Both the position numbers and the translations under genes were made by a program. From Octopus bimaculoides (taxonomy: Eukaryota), in contig NC_068990.1 of the NCBI RefSeq assembly GCF_001194135.2, forward strand, positions 83,427,102 through 83,491,101: a stretch of 64,000 bases of DNA, in the 5' to 3' direction. Of this stretch, positions 12,479 to 25,140 are shown one piece after another (the stretch's first letter is position 1; each line of letters begins with the position of its first letter). The notes below the pieces were generated by a model. That model did no database searches. It was not told the origin of the DNA and was given only the letters and a program-made list of their open reading frames with translations.

Positions 12479-13666
12479 AACAACGACAAATATTTCAGCA
12501 CCAGAACATAATGACACACATTTACTGCAACCCCATGATAAAGCACCACTACAAAACAGGGAAAGTGGTCGTCAGGAGAAGTGAGTGAGTCAGCTTAGCT
12601 TCAGAAGAGAGAGCGTGTGCAATTAGCATGTTCAGTGTAGCACAACGGGCAAATAGAGGCAAGTCATCCTTGAATCAATGGCTGCATTCACCAGTGAGAT
12701 TGAATTATAAACAAGTTAAACCAACGAGGGAGTTTTCATTAACACTAATTAACAGTCTATAATGAGTCACATTCATTTAGTTTCCTTCTTCAGTCTTTGG
12801 AATTCAAAGCCTATTGAGGTTTACTTTCACTTCCATTCTGTAGAAGTTCCAGATGAAAAGATATCCATTTATGTCCCAAAGGAGGTCATCAAAGGTCAGT
12901 ATTGGTTCGGCAACTTCAAAGTAAGAAACAGATGAGAGATGAATTTCTCTTCAGGTAAGGCTAACTTCTTTCACAAGGAACACACCTGTCTGATATGATG
13001 GTACCTATTTACCTCTTTGTGGCTAGAAGCACTGAGGCAATGTAATAAAACCTAATACAACAATTTGAACTCGGCTAAAGGCTAAGTAGATCAAAATATT
13101 ATCTACTTGGCCAGCTTGCTACTATCTTGCAGAAATAAAGTAAATAAACTCTGGAACCAGTGTTATTGACTGGAAAAACTGGTTTTGTGTTGGCCCAAGA
13201 CATTGTGATTACTAAATCAGGTTAGAAGACATCGAAGATAGAACAGTACAGGGTATTCTGAACTGAAATTTAATCGAAGTAAACTTTACCTTTCACCCAA
13301 TCACAGTTCACTAAATAAGTATATCAGAAATATACAAGGTTTAACACACAAAAAGCTCAAATAGTTATGTAATACATAAAAAAAAATCAGTGTTTCGTTT
13401 ATCGATGTGTTTGATTTGTGCAACTCCATTGGTAAATCAATTACACTAACAGCAGCTAAGAAAATATTTATTAGTGTTTTGAATGACCTATCGTAAGACC
13501 AAAGCCTTGTGAGTAGACTTGGGAAAAACAAACTGAAAGAAGTCTGTTGCACGCACTATATATATATATTATATATATATTAGGGACAAAATCCAAAATT
13601 ACAGGTAAAAACTCAATTAAAATCAATTTATAAAAAATTAAAATTAAATTGAGCTTTATAGATAAA

Positions 13667-13940
13667 ATATATATAAAATATATAGTTTTAGGGAAAATAA
13701 TCAAGTTTCAAGAACTCATCGATGAAAATCCACTATCACATATAGAAAAATTAACAATTAAAAGCAGAATAAATGAGTATAATATAAAGCAAAGTAAATA
13801 TCATATTATATTTATCTTATGATATTTACTTTGCTTTATATTATACTCATTTATTGTGCTTTTAATTGTTAGTTTTTCTATATGTGATAGTGGATTTTCA
13901 TCGATGAGTTCTTGAAACTTGGTTATTTTCCCTAAAACTA

Positions 13941-13956
<16 letters not shown>
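13667..13956. repeat. Long near-perfect hairpin (139 bp arms, 12 nt loop)
   Basis: Arms 13667-13805 and 13818-13956 with 3 mismatches by manual alignment; loop TTATATTTATCT. Confidence 0.95.
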
Positions 13957-13971
<15 letters not shown>

Positions 13972-14397
13972 ATTTAATAACAGTCACTGTTATTAAAAGA
14001 TACGTTTAACTCCTACCAAGTGTGGGGAGTGCCTCATACTTCGGTTTGCCCAGTCACTCACTCATGTGCATGTGTGTGAGGTGGGGAGCATGCGAGTGTT
14101 TGTGTGACCTTGAAAACTGATACACGATTGCTGTAAATGAATGCTATTTCTTTCCAATTTTCTGCGAAAAGCATATCCGGTCATGAGAAAAAAAATATTA
14201 CCTTGCTTGGAAACAAGTGTGAGTAGTTGATGAAAAAGAAGGGCATTTGGCCATAAAAAAAATCTGCTTCAAAGACAACAACAACAACAACATAACGTGA
14301 TGTGGTGATGCTCATACTGGACTTGTAAACATACAAGATTACAGTGTTCAACATAATGTAGAACCTTTCTTTTTTGACACGCTTAGCAGATCCAGAG

Positions 14398-14788
14398 CTG
14401 TGGTTCTCAACCAAAATCCTTATGACCCTGGAGGGACCATAAAAGATTTCGGGGGAATCCACACAAGCAAAACAGTAAATTGGTGGTCCACTGCAGTACT
14501 TTGGGCTTCAATGAAAAAACTTTTCCATCAAATGTATTTTTTGTAAGAGACACACAGGTTTTTTTTTGTTCTTGCATGTTTTACTTGGTTTAACAGGTTT
14601 CCAGCCACTGAATCATGTTCTATCAAAGAATGCTGCTGCAAACCTACACAATTGAATGGGTGCGAAAACCAAAATAGGAATTTTGAAAGAAGCACCTATG
14701 AAACTAGCTTCTAATCATCAAGTGGTCCACTAGAATTAAATTGTAATCAAAGGGATTCACAGGTGAAAAAAATAATCGAGAAGCACTG
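14398..14788 (+). mobile_element. hAT/Charlie-like MITE
   Basis: Ends CTGTGGTTCTCAAC ... ATCGAGAAGCACTG (CAGTG.TTCTC-type TIR); flanking 8-mers ATCCAGAG / ATTTTGAG. A related truncated copy starts at 22008. Confidence 0.65.
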
Positions 14789-14830
14789 ATTTTGAGGAAA
14801 GGAAGAGCAGTACATGCATACATACGTATG

Positions 14831-14992
14831 TAGGCGTAGGAGTGGCTGTGTAGTAAGTAGCTTGCTTACGAACAACATGGTTCGGGGTTCAGTCCCACTG
14901 CGTGGTACCTTGGGCAAGTGTTTTCTACTATAGCCTCGGGCCGACTAAAGCCTTGTGAGTGAATTTGGTAGACGGAAACTGAAAGAAGCCCG

Positions 14993-15076
<84 letters not shown>

Positions 15077-15282
15077 ATATGTTTGTGTATCTGTGTTTGT
15101 CACCCCAACATCGCTTGACAACCGATGCAGGTGTGTTAACGTCCACGTAACTTAGCGGTTCGGCAAAAGAGAATGATAGAATAAGTATTAGGCTTACAAA
15201 GAATAAGTCCTGGGGTCGATTTGCTCGACTAAAGGTGGTGCTCCAGCATGGCCACAGTCAAATGACTGAAACGAGTAAAGAG
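14831..15282 (+). mobile_element. Full-length SINE family A (tRNA head, core, long (TA)n, tail module)
   Basis: AGGCGTAGGAGTGGCTGTGTAGTAAG...GGTTCAGTCCCACTGCGTGG...(TA)n...TTAGCGGTTCGGCAAAAGAG...CAGTCAAATGACTGAAAC. Confidence 0.9.
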
Positions 15283-16384
15283 TATACATATATATATATA
15301 TATATATATACACAGACATGCATATATACATACACACATGCATATATGACTATGTAAGGCACTTGACCAACTGGGTAGCATGTTGGATTCACACTCAAAA
15401 GCTGTCAGTTCAATTCCTTGATCAGGTGATACATTGTGTCCTTGAGCAAGGTACATTATTTCGTGCTGCTCCAGCTGAGTGTTGGTACAGTCCTCACATC
15501 CTTCAGGGGTCACATGCTGGATGGTAGCAGCTCCTTAATAGACACACAGACAGAATAAGCACAACACTTAAAAGTTAAGTACTACAGTTAATCCAATGAC
15601 TGTAACACATTCGAAAGAGAGAGCTAGAAAGAGAAAGAGTGTGTGTGTCTGTGTGTCACCTAGGTGAAATGGAGCAACAAGAAATGAAAGATTTTACTCA
15701 AGACCACATTAAAATATGCTGCCCAGTCTTGGAGTTGAAACCATGATCACATGGCTGGGATTCCAACACACAACCCACAAGGCCAAACACACATTGTCAC
15801 ACAGCCCACAGCATTTAAGACTAGACCCCTCCCCCACACAGGACATACTAAATGTAGCATTTTACTGTAAAATCTTATTTATGTATATGTTGCAGTATGT
15901 ATGTGTATATGTAAGCAAATATGTGTGTGTGTGTGTGTGTGATTATATCGTGTACATGTGTGAATGTCCATATGGAGGAATGTAAGTGAGAAAGAGAAGG
16001 GAAGAGAGAAATAGAAACAGTGATTGTGTGTGTGTGTGTGTGTGTGTGTGATTAAACATCTCAGTGTATATAAATAAATCTATGCTAATGAATATGACCT
16101 TTAGTTGACAGCACGGCCAGTCATCCTTGTTGTAAATGAGTAAATTGGCAGGAGTGATTGACATATGAAGCTGTCATGCAAGAGAGATGTCACATACATG
16201 GTAGAGAAACCTTTGTGAAAAAAGGACAAAGATGAGAGAGAAAGAGGGCGGGGGGGAGGAAGAGGCTGGTTACTTGGGTTCAAATGGTGGATTCTCTGCA
16301 CACAAACACACACACACATATAAAACACCAAATACATGTGTGTCAGCAAGGAAGGAGGACATTAAATGATGATGATGATATATG

Positions 16385-16480
<96 letters not shown>

Positions 16481-16489
16481 TATATATAG

Positions 16490-16820
16490 TCTGGCTGAGT
16501 GGTTAGAGTGTCAGGCTCACAATCATGAGGTAGTGAGTTCAATTCCCAGACTGGGTTATGTGTTGTGTTCTTGTGCAAGACACTTTATTTCACATTGCTT
16601 CAGTTCAGCCATCTGTAGAAATGAGTCACAACATCACTGGTGCCAAACTGTATCAGCTTTTGCTTTTCCCTTGGGTAACATCCCTGGCATGGAGAGGCAA
16701 GGCTAGAATGCATGAGTGACTGCTAGTCTTCCATAAACAACCTTGCCCAGACTTGTGCGTCAGAGGGGAACTTTCTAGGTACAATCCCATGGGCATTCAT
16801 GACCGAAGGGACTCTTTATA
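16490..16820 (+). mobile_element. tRNA-derived SINE family D
   Basis: TGGCTGAGTGGTTAG...GAGTTCAATTCC head, then GTGTTCTTGTGCAAGACACTT and tail ...CCATAAACAACCTTGCCCAGACTTGTG...CAATCCCATGG; inverted copies at 23228-23580 and 51960-52300. Confidence 0.8.
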
Positions 16821-17289
16821 CTTTTTACCCAATTCATTACTTGAAATACCAAAATTAAAAAATTATTTTTCATGCAAGAGAAGCACTGGATGTCAAAATT
16901 TTCTGAAAGCAATTGGGAAAGTTAGAAACAGAAATATTAAAGGAGGAGTTTTTGAAGGTAAGAATAAAATGAAAGTGTAAATGGTGAAACTGATGTGGTT
17001 GATAATATGAAGGGAAACTGTAATGGGCAGGTTTGTTTTGTCAAGAAACAAAACATCTTCAAAGTGTAACTGTTACATGTCATATAAAGCTGAACAACCA
17101 CAAAACTTATATTCATCTATAAGTTATCATGTGCAAGTTGTGTTCGTTGTTATCATCATCATCACTTTAATGTGCACTTTTTCATGTTTGCATGGTCAGA
17201 CAGAATTTGTTGAGGCAGATATTCTGCAGCCTGTTGCCCACCCTGTTGCCAAACCTTACCTGTTTTCAAGCAAGATAATATTTCTCCAT

Positions 17290-17580
17290 ATCATCATCAT
17301 CATCATCATCATCGTTTAACGTCTGCTTTCCATGCTAGCATGGGTTGGATGATTTGACTGAGGACTGGTGGACCAGGTGGCTACACCAGGCTCCAATCTG
17401 ATTTGCCAGAGTTTCTACAGCTGGATGCCCTTCCTAACACCAACCACTCCGAGAGTGTAGTGGGTGCTTTTACATGCCACCAGCACGAAGGCCAGTCAGG
17501 CGGTACCGGCAACAGACACGCTCAAAATGGCGTATTTTACATGCCACCTGCACAGGAGCCAGTCCAGCGGCACTGGCAAC
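17290..17580 (-). mobile_element. RTE-type LINE 3'UTR with (GAT)n tail
   Basis: (CAT)n-CGTTTAACGTCTGCTTTCCATGCTAGCATGGGTTGG...CTACAGCTGGATGCCCTTCCTAAC on the plus strand; more than 10 copies in the window. Confidence 0.8.
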
Positions 17581-18649
17581 AATCTGGACATATTTTCATA
17601 GAAGATTGGAAATGGATGACAGCACTTGCATGATGGTGACACTTGTTTATGGAGATACAAACAAACACACACACACACACACAATAGGCTTTCCATTTCC
17701 ATCTACCAAATACATTTACAAGGCTTTGGTGGGCCCAGGACCTCATTAAAAAACTAATCCATGGTATATCACACAGTGGAATTTAACCTGAAATATGTAG
17801 CTGAGAAGCAAACCTCTTAATCACAGAGCCATGCTAGTACCTATACTATGAAATGCAAATGACTAATACGCTTAGACTTGGGTCCCATACAAAAGCCATC
17901 TTATTTCATACACCTGATAATGAAGAGTAATCCTGTGGCTGAAGAGGAAATTTGAACACATCTACACCTGTTAATTAACAACAGTCCTGTTGCTATAAAG
18001 GGTGAGATTTGAAGTTTAGACTTCATCAAATCAACATCCAAGGATGGCTAACAGAATTCAGGCGTTTCTCATTTCAGTCAGCTGACATCATTTACATAAT
18101 TAGTCAGGATTGATTAACTTCTAAAAAACTACAAGCAATGAATATAACTCCAGTAAGATTTGCTCATCAAAATTTTTGAACCATACAAAAAGATGAGAGA
18201 GCATTATTAGTGCTGATACCACAATCGGTAGAAGTGGTTCAACGGACACAGAATGAACAAGTTTGCAGTAGTACAGCATATATCAACTCAGGTATTTGAT
18301 TCAATGTCTTGAAATAATCTCTTCACTAATCTTCCTTTCTCAATGGTACCATCCACTAACAGCACTTGCCTACATCAATTGATCAAGTCACTGAGGGTGT
18401 CTCTATATGGTGGTTTGACCTGCTAGAAACAGCAGCAGCAATCTCTTTCATATCATTGCTGACCATCTTAGAAATAGGGAAAAAGCAAGTATTAGACAAT
18501 GTGGTCCTCGACGTACTGTAAGTGCTGAAATAAAGAAGAGGTGATCTTGGCTGCAACATCTTTGGCCATAAATCTACTGAATGAAGGTTGAAAGACAGAC
18601 AAACAAAAGCACTGGCAGCTGGGAGAGAGGAAAACTAGTGTCAGGATGT

Positions 18650-18860
18650 TTAACCCTTTTGATACCAATTTGCCTGCGACTGTCGCTGGTTCTATATTAG
18701 AAGCTTCCTGTTATAAAGTGATCTAATCTAAAATCTTCCATTAAAATTTCATGTTAATTTATGTTCCCAGTACCAGCTTTGTCATGTCAAAGTCGTTTTA
18801 TGAAATTAATTGGAACAAAGGCAGTGTATTTCAACAGAAATATGCTAACAAAAGGGTTAA
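18650..18860 (+). mobile_element. piggyBac-like MITE (third family)
   Basis: TTAA-CCCTTTTGATACCA ... TGCTAACAAAAGGG-TTAA; TTAA target with CCC/GGG termini. Confidence 0.75.
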
Positions 18861-19484
18861 AATGTAAAAAAAAAAAAAAAGATAAAGAAAAGGAAATGGA
18901 AATGTAAGAGAGGTAACTCCAACTAGATCAGATGATTGAAACTTTTGGATAATTCAAACAATACAGATTAAAGTGAATTAGCGGTGACAATGGCTATAGT
19001 TAATAGGAGAATGCTAGTACCAGCATCAGCAGTAATAATTAAAGAAATCATGTCAGTGTAGGAGGTGGGGTATAAAGAAGAAAGGTTAGCATCTTAAGAA
19101 GAGAAAATACCACACCATTAAAAGCCTACTCAACTCAGGATTCTTTGAAAACTAAAGTGTCCTTACAAAGTAGGGTTAGATTACAATGTACATGAAAGCA
19201 ACACTTGACCTTGTATTAACTAAAAACTATCAAACACAAGCATGGCTTTGTGGTTAATGAGTTCACTTTGTAACCTTGTCTTTCCTTCTGGGTTTGGTCC
19301 TTCTTGTACAAGACTTTGATCCTTGAGCCAACTAAAATCTTGAGAGTGAAATTTGATGGATGTAAACTTTGTGGAAGGAAGCCTGTCGTGTGTGTGTGTG
19401 TGTGTGTGTTTGTATTGCTGTGGGACTAAAAAACTGGTATGGGTAATGAAAATACCTCATGACATGTTCCTCGCCCCTTTCCAC

Positions 19485-19768
19485 CAGGGCTGTGGAGTCG
19501 GAGTCATGGAGTCGGAAACAATTAAGGGGTTGCTGGAGTTGGAGTCGGTAAAACTATACCGACTCTGATTCTGACTCACAATATCTATATTCTTTATATA
19601 ACATACAGGCCTACTCAAAGTACAAGCATATGCATAGGCTTTATGAGATATGTAGACCATAATCACTTAATTACATAAAGAGGAGTTGGAGTCAGAGTCG
19701 GAATTGGTGTTGGAAGTGCCAATAGTACAGGAGTCGGAGTCAAAGTTTCTTTCAACTCCACAGCCCTG
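19485..19768 (+). mobile_element. hAT-like MITE with GGAGTC subterminal repeats
   Basis: 14 bp perfect TIR CAGGGCTGTGGAGT / ACTCCACAGCCCTG; 8 bp flanks CTTTCCAC / CTTTATAC (6/8); multiple internal GGAGTCGGAG motifs. Confidence 0.85.
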
Positions 19769-20027
19769 CTTTATACCTAAGTCAATGTAGCTCCTCTCTA
19801 TTTCTCTAACGTAGACACAGGCATGGCTGTGTGGTTAAGAAACTTGTTTTGCAACCATGGGGTTTCAGGTTCAATTGCATTGCACAATATCTTAAGCAAA
19901 TGTCTTCTACAAAAGCTCTAGGCCAATGGATGCCTTATGAGTGAATTTGATACACAAAACCAGTGTGAACTCCCATCAGATGTGTGTTTGTGCGCACACA
20001 TGTACACGTGTGGATGTGTATGTGAGC

Positions 20028-20073
<46 letters not shown>

Positions 20074-20586
20074 ACATCTTTGAGTGTGTGATTGTCTTCC
20101 TACCATCACTTGACAACCATTGCTGGTTTGTTTACATCCCCATAACTTAGCGACATGGTGAAAGGTGCCGACCATAAGTACCAGACTTGGAAAAAAATAG
20201 ATCTTGGGGGGGATGGGGTCAATGTGTTCGACCAAACCATTCAAGGCAGTGGTCCCAGCGTCGCTGTAGTCTAATAAGCAGAACAAATACAAGATACGAA
20301 CTGGAATCATCCTAGAAAATAACTGTTGGATATCACATATCCCACTCATCATTATTCATATGTATGACTCTCATTTGGTAGAGGCGGCTGCTGAGTGAGC
20401 AGATATATGTGATCAGTAGCCCTTCATAGCCATGTTGAGGGCATTACTACATCTCTAGCGCTACGGTGAATAACAGGTTGGATAATTTGAAATGCAAGAT
20501 ATTCTGTGTTTTTAATAAACATAAAATTTTAGAGTTACTGTGTAAAGTACGCAAAGCGGTTACACCACAAATTTTTATCTCTCTCT

Positions 20587-21211
20587 CTTTTACTTGTTTC
20601 AGTCATTTGACTGCGGCCATGCTGGAGCACCGCCTTTTAGTCGAGAAAATCGACCCCAGGACTTATTCTTTGTAAGCCTAGTACTTATTCTATCGGTCTC
20701 TTTTTGCTGAACCACTAAGTTACGGGGACGTAAACACACCAGCATCGGTTGTCAAGCGATGGTGGGGGGACAAACACAGACACACAAACACACATACACA
20801 TATATATATATATATAATACAAATGATATAAGAGCATATGCATGTATGCATACATATATGTACATACCTACATCTACATGTATATATAGATGCATATCCG
20901 GGTAGAGGACATCAGAAAAAATGAACGGGAACATAAAAAGCAAAACGGACTTTGTTTACAGACAACAGAACGAACACATAGGAAAACAGACGGGCCACTT
21001 ATGGAATTATTCCTTCATCAGCTGCTTCTATTCTAAACTAGGCGTTTCAAGGGCTTCTTTCAGTTTCCGTCTACCAAAACCACTCATAAGGCTTTGGTCG
21101 GCCTGAGGCTATAGGAGAAGACACTTGCCCAAGGTGCCACGCAGTGGGACTGAACCCGGAACCATGTGGTTGGTAGGCAAGCTACTTACCACACAGCCAC
21201 TCCTGCACCTA
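20587..21211 (-). mobile_element. SINE family A interrupted by an unrelated insertion of about 230 bp (20820-21049)
   Basis: Tail half at 20587-20800 and head half at 21050-21211, separated by non-SINE sequence inserted at the (TA)n spacer. Confidence 0.8.
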
Positions 21212-21213
21212 TG

Positions 21214-21253
<40 letters not shown>

Positions 21254-22007
21254 ACACAGAGAGAGAAAGACAGAAACCTGACAAGTTTCTAGTCTAGTTA
21301 GGTATTCATCAAATACTTTTCTTCTGTCCAGAGCGAGGTAATGGAGCTATTGCTATATATAGTATATTCAAACTAGGATACAGTTAAAGAGGTCGGGTCT
21401 AATTTGTATAACAGTGCACATGCTTATAATCCGGATTAATTCATTCACTACAGAGCACTATTTAGACCATTCAAATTAATACATTGGTTGTTTAGAACAA
21501 ATTCCAGACAACTTATGAAGTTAGAGGCAGAGGAGGAATGGGGTGGCCTGGAATACACATGTATACACACTCGTAAACACAAACAAACCTTGTGAGATGA
21601 ATTGGCAGCGATGTTCAGCAGAACATCACACACACATACACACAGTCATCCATCCACTCATGTAAACACATAAACAAACACAAGGAGCATCACACATGAG
21701 CATTCAAACAATAAAGCATTTGTTGTGCTCTAAATAAAGTATTGGGCCAAGCTGGAAGGAAGGAAGGAAGGAAGAGATGGGGGGGGTGAATGTAAAGATA
21801 TAAAGGAGAGTGACAAAAACGGGTGAGAGGCTGAAGAGAGAGAGAGAGAGAGGAGAATAGGAGATATATGTAGCTACAAGGAGAATAATTAAGCGACCAC
21901 TAACTCCAAAGTTTTTCAACAGTGAATCCATACATGGTTACTCAACCTGCTTCAAATAGCAACCAAATTTCCTTCAAACAACACTGTACCATTTTAACCC
22001 TTAAGCA

Positions 22008-22200
22008 CAGTAGTTCTCAACCAGGGTCCATATGGCCCCTTGGTGGTGGTGGTGGGGGGTCCATTTTATGATTCCAGGTGGTGGGAGATCTATGCAACAA
22101 AATAGTAAATTGGGGGTCCACGACAGTATTTTAAGGGCCTCAGAAAAAATTGCACTTTAGATGTATATACTGGTATGTATTGCAAGAAACAGCTTCGTTT
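22008..22200 (+). mobile_element. hAT/Charlie-like MITE 5' part, truncated by an RTE tail insertion
   Basis: CAGTAGTTCTCAACC...AAAATAGTAAATTGGGGGTCCAC colinear with the 14398 copy. Confidence 0.6.
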
Positions 22201-22494
22201 CTTTCTCTAACATCATCATCATCATCATCGTTTAACGTCTGCCTTCCATGCTAGCATGGGTTGGACGATTTAACTGAGGACTGGTGAACCAGGTGGCTAC
22301 ACCAGGTTCCAATCTGATTTGGCAGAGTTTCTTCAGCCGGATGCCCTTCCTGATGCCAACCACTCCGAGAGTGCAGTGGGTGCTTTTACGTGCCACTGGC
22401 AGGAAGGCCAGTCAGGTGGTACTGGCAACGGCCACGCTCGAAATGGTGTATTTTACGTGCCACTTGCACAGGAGCCAGTCCAATGGCACTAGCA
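22200..22494 (-). mobile_element. RTE-type LINE 3'UTR
   Basis: Same motif as 17290-17580, running into a gap. Confidence 0.8.
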
Positions 22495-23227
22495 NNNNNN
22501 NNNNNNNNNNNNNNNNNNNNNNNNNNNNNNNNNNNNNNNNNNNNNNNNNNNNNNNNNNNNNNNNNNNNNNNNNNNNNNNNNNNNNNNNNNNNNNNNNNNN
22601 NNNNNNNNNNNNNNNNNNNNNNNNNNNNNNNNNNNNNNNNNNNNNNNNNNNNNNNNNNNNNNNNNNNNNNNNNNNNNNNNNNNNNNNNNNNNNNNNNNNN
22701 NNNNNNNNNNNNNNNNNNNNNNNNNNNNNNNNNNNNNNNNNNNNNNNNNNNNNNNNNNNNNNNNNNNNNNNNNNNNNNNNNNNNNNNNNNNNNNNNNNNN
22801 NNNNNNNNNNNNNNNNNNNNNNNNNNNNNNNNNNNNNNNNNNNNNNNNNNNNNNNNNNNNNNNNNNNNNNNNNNNNNNNNNNNNNNNNNNNNNNNNNNNN
22901 NNNNNNNNNNNNNNNNNNNNNNNNNNNNNNNNNNNNNNNNNNNNNNNNNNNNNNNNNNNNNNNNNNNNNNNNNNNNNNNNNNNNNNNNNNNNNNNNNNNN
23001 NNNNNNNNNNNNNNNNNNNNNNNNNNNNNNNNNNNNNNNNNNNNNNNNNNNNNNNNNNNNNNNNNNNNNNNNNNNNNNNNNNNNNNNNNNNNNNNNNNNN
23101 NNNNNNNNNNNNNNNNNNNNNNNNNNNNNNNNNNNNNNNNNNNNNNNNNNNNNNNNNNNNNNNNNNNNNNNNNNNNNNNNNNNNNNNNNTGGAATTTACA
23201 CAGCAACCGGGAATTAATGAGCCACTG

Positions 23228-23580
23228 AGGCCCTCTATGTCGGAGACCCCCCCTCGGTCACAAATGACCATGGGATTGCACCTAGAAAGTTACCTTCCAA
23301 GGCACAAGTCTGGGCAAGGTTGTTTATGGGAATACCAGCAGTCGCCCATGCATACCAGCCTCCCCTCTCCACGCCACCTGTATTATCCAAGGGAAGGGCA
23401 AAGGCCGATACAGATTGGCAACCAGTGATGTCGCAACTCATTTCTACAGCTGAGCGAACTGGAGCAATGTGAAATAAAGTGTCTTGCTCAAGAAGACAAC
23501 ACGCAACCAGGTCCGGGATTCGAACTCACAACCTCATGATCGTAAGATCGACGCTCTAATCACTGAGCCATGCACCCTCT
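23228..23580 (-). mobile_element. SINE family D
   Basis: Reverse complement colinear with 16490-16820. Confidence 0.8.
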
Positions 23581-24436
23581 ATGTAGTCACTGCTTAAAAT
23601 AGCAGCTAAAAGTACCCCAAATCAAAATCCTAACAGTTGGTTCTGAAAAGGAATGATTGACTGGTTAATCCAAAAAGAATGACAAACGGATAATCCTGGT
23701 TATAATTTTATCTTTCTACTTGTTTCAGTTATTTTCCTGGTGAAGGGTGGTCATGCTTGGGCACCACCGTTAAGATTTTTTTAGTCAGATGCCAGTACTT
23801 CTTCGTCTAAGCCTGGTCCTCATTCTGTCGATTTCTTTTACTGAACCACTAAGTTACAGGGATGTAAAGAAATCAACACCGATTGTCAAATGATGGATGG
23901 GGACAAACAGACAGACACAAACACACATATATGATGGGCTTTTTTCAGTTTCGAAATACACTCATGATTTGGTCAGCCTGAGGCTATAGTAGAAAATACT
24001 TGCCCAATGTTCCACATAGCGGAACTGAACCCAGACCCATAAGGTTTCAAAGCAAACTTCTTACTACACAACCACACCTGCATGTATGTCTAAAATAAAT
24101 GTACAAGATGGTCAAGGCCAGGACATTGGTTAAACAATGGAAAAACAACAATACAAACCATAGGTCTTCTTAGTCAGAGATGACCTTTGTTGAATAATAC
24201 CAACCAGCACACCACAATCTGCATCAAAAACTCAGATGCTTATACAGCCTTATCATACAAAACACCAAACACCTGGGCATTTATAAACACCATCAGACAA
24301 AACATGAAACTTCCACACACTTATACAGCACCATCATATAAAAGCACCAAACACTAAGACACTATGCAAGACTATCACACAAAACCTCAACCACCCATAA
24401 TTCATACAATACCATCATAAAAAAAAGTATCAAACA

Positions 24437-24680
24437 CCTCACCATTTCGAGCGTGGCCGTTGCCAGTATCGCCTGACTGGCCTTCGTGCAGGTGACACGT
24501 AAAAGCACCTACTACACGCTCTGAGTGGTTGGCGTTAGGAAGGGCATCCAGCTGTAGAAACTCTGCCAAGTTTAGATTGGAGCCTGGTGTTGCCATCCGG
24601 TTTCACCAGTCCTCAGTCAAGTCGTCCAACCCATGCTAGCATGGAAAGCGGACGTTAAACGATGATGATGATGATGATGA
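24437..24680 (+). mobile_element. RTE-type LINE 3'UTR with (GAT)n tail, sense orientation
   Basis: GTTGGCGTTAGGAAGGGCATCCAGCTGTAGAAAC...GCATGGAAAGCGGACGTTAAACGATGATGATG. Confidence 0.85.
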
Positions 24681-24908
24681 TCACCCAAAATAAACATGTG
24701 AATGTGTGGTAAGTAGCTTGCTTACCAACCACATGGTTCTGGGTTCAGTCCCACTGCGTGGCACCTTGGGCAAGTGTCTTCTACTATAGCCTCGGGTCGA
24801 CCAAAGGCTTGTGAGTGGATTTGGTANNNNNNNNNNNNNNNNNNNNNNNNNNNNNNNNNNNNNNNNNNNNNNNNNNNNNNNNNNNNNNNNNNNNNNNACG
24901 GAAACTGA

Positions 24909-25140
24909 AAGGCGACGAGCTGGCAGAAACGTTAGTGCGCAGGGCAAAATACTTAGCTGTATTTCGTCTGCCGTTACATCCTGAGTTCAAATTCTGCAGA
25001 GGTCGACTTTGCCTTTCATCCTTTCGAGGTCGATAAATTAAGTACCAGTTATGCACTGGGGTCGATGTAATTGACTTAATCCGTTTGTCTGTCCTTGTTT
25101 GTCCCCTCTATGTTTAGCCCCTTGTGAGCAATAAAGAAAT
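24909..25140 (+). mobile_element. SINE family E
   Basis: GAGCTGGCAGAAACGTTAG...GAGTTCAAATT...GGTCGACTTTGCCTTTCATCCTTTC...TTTAGCCCCTTGTG..CAATAAAGAAAT; inverted copies at 27025, 34893 and 62870. Confidence 0.85.

Noticed and set aside
16870-16965. Plus-strand candidate exon ending GAAG|GTAAGA
   Set aside because: Weak acceptor, no recognisable protein, and no partner exons.
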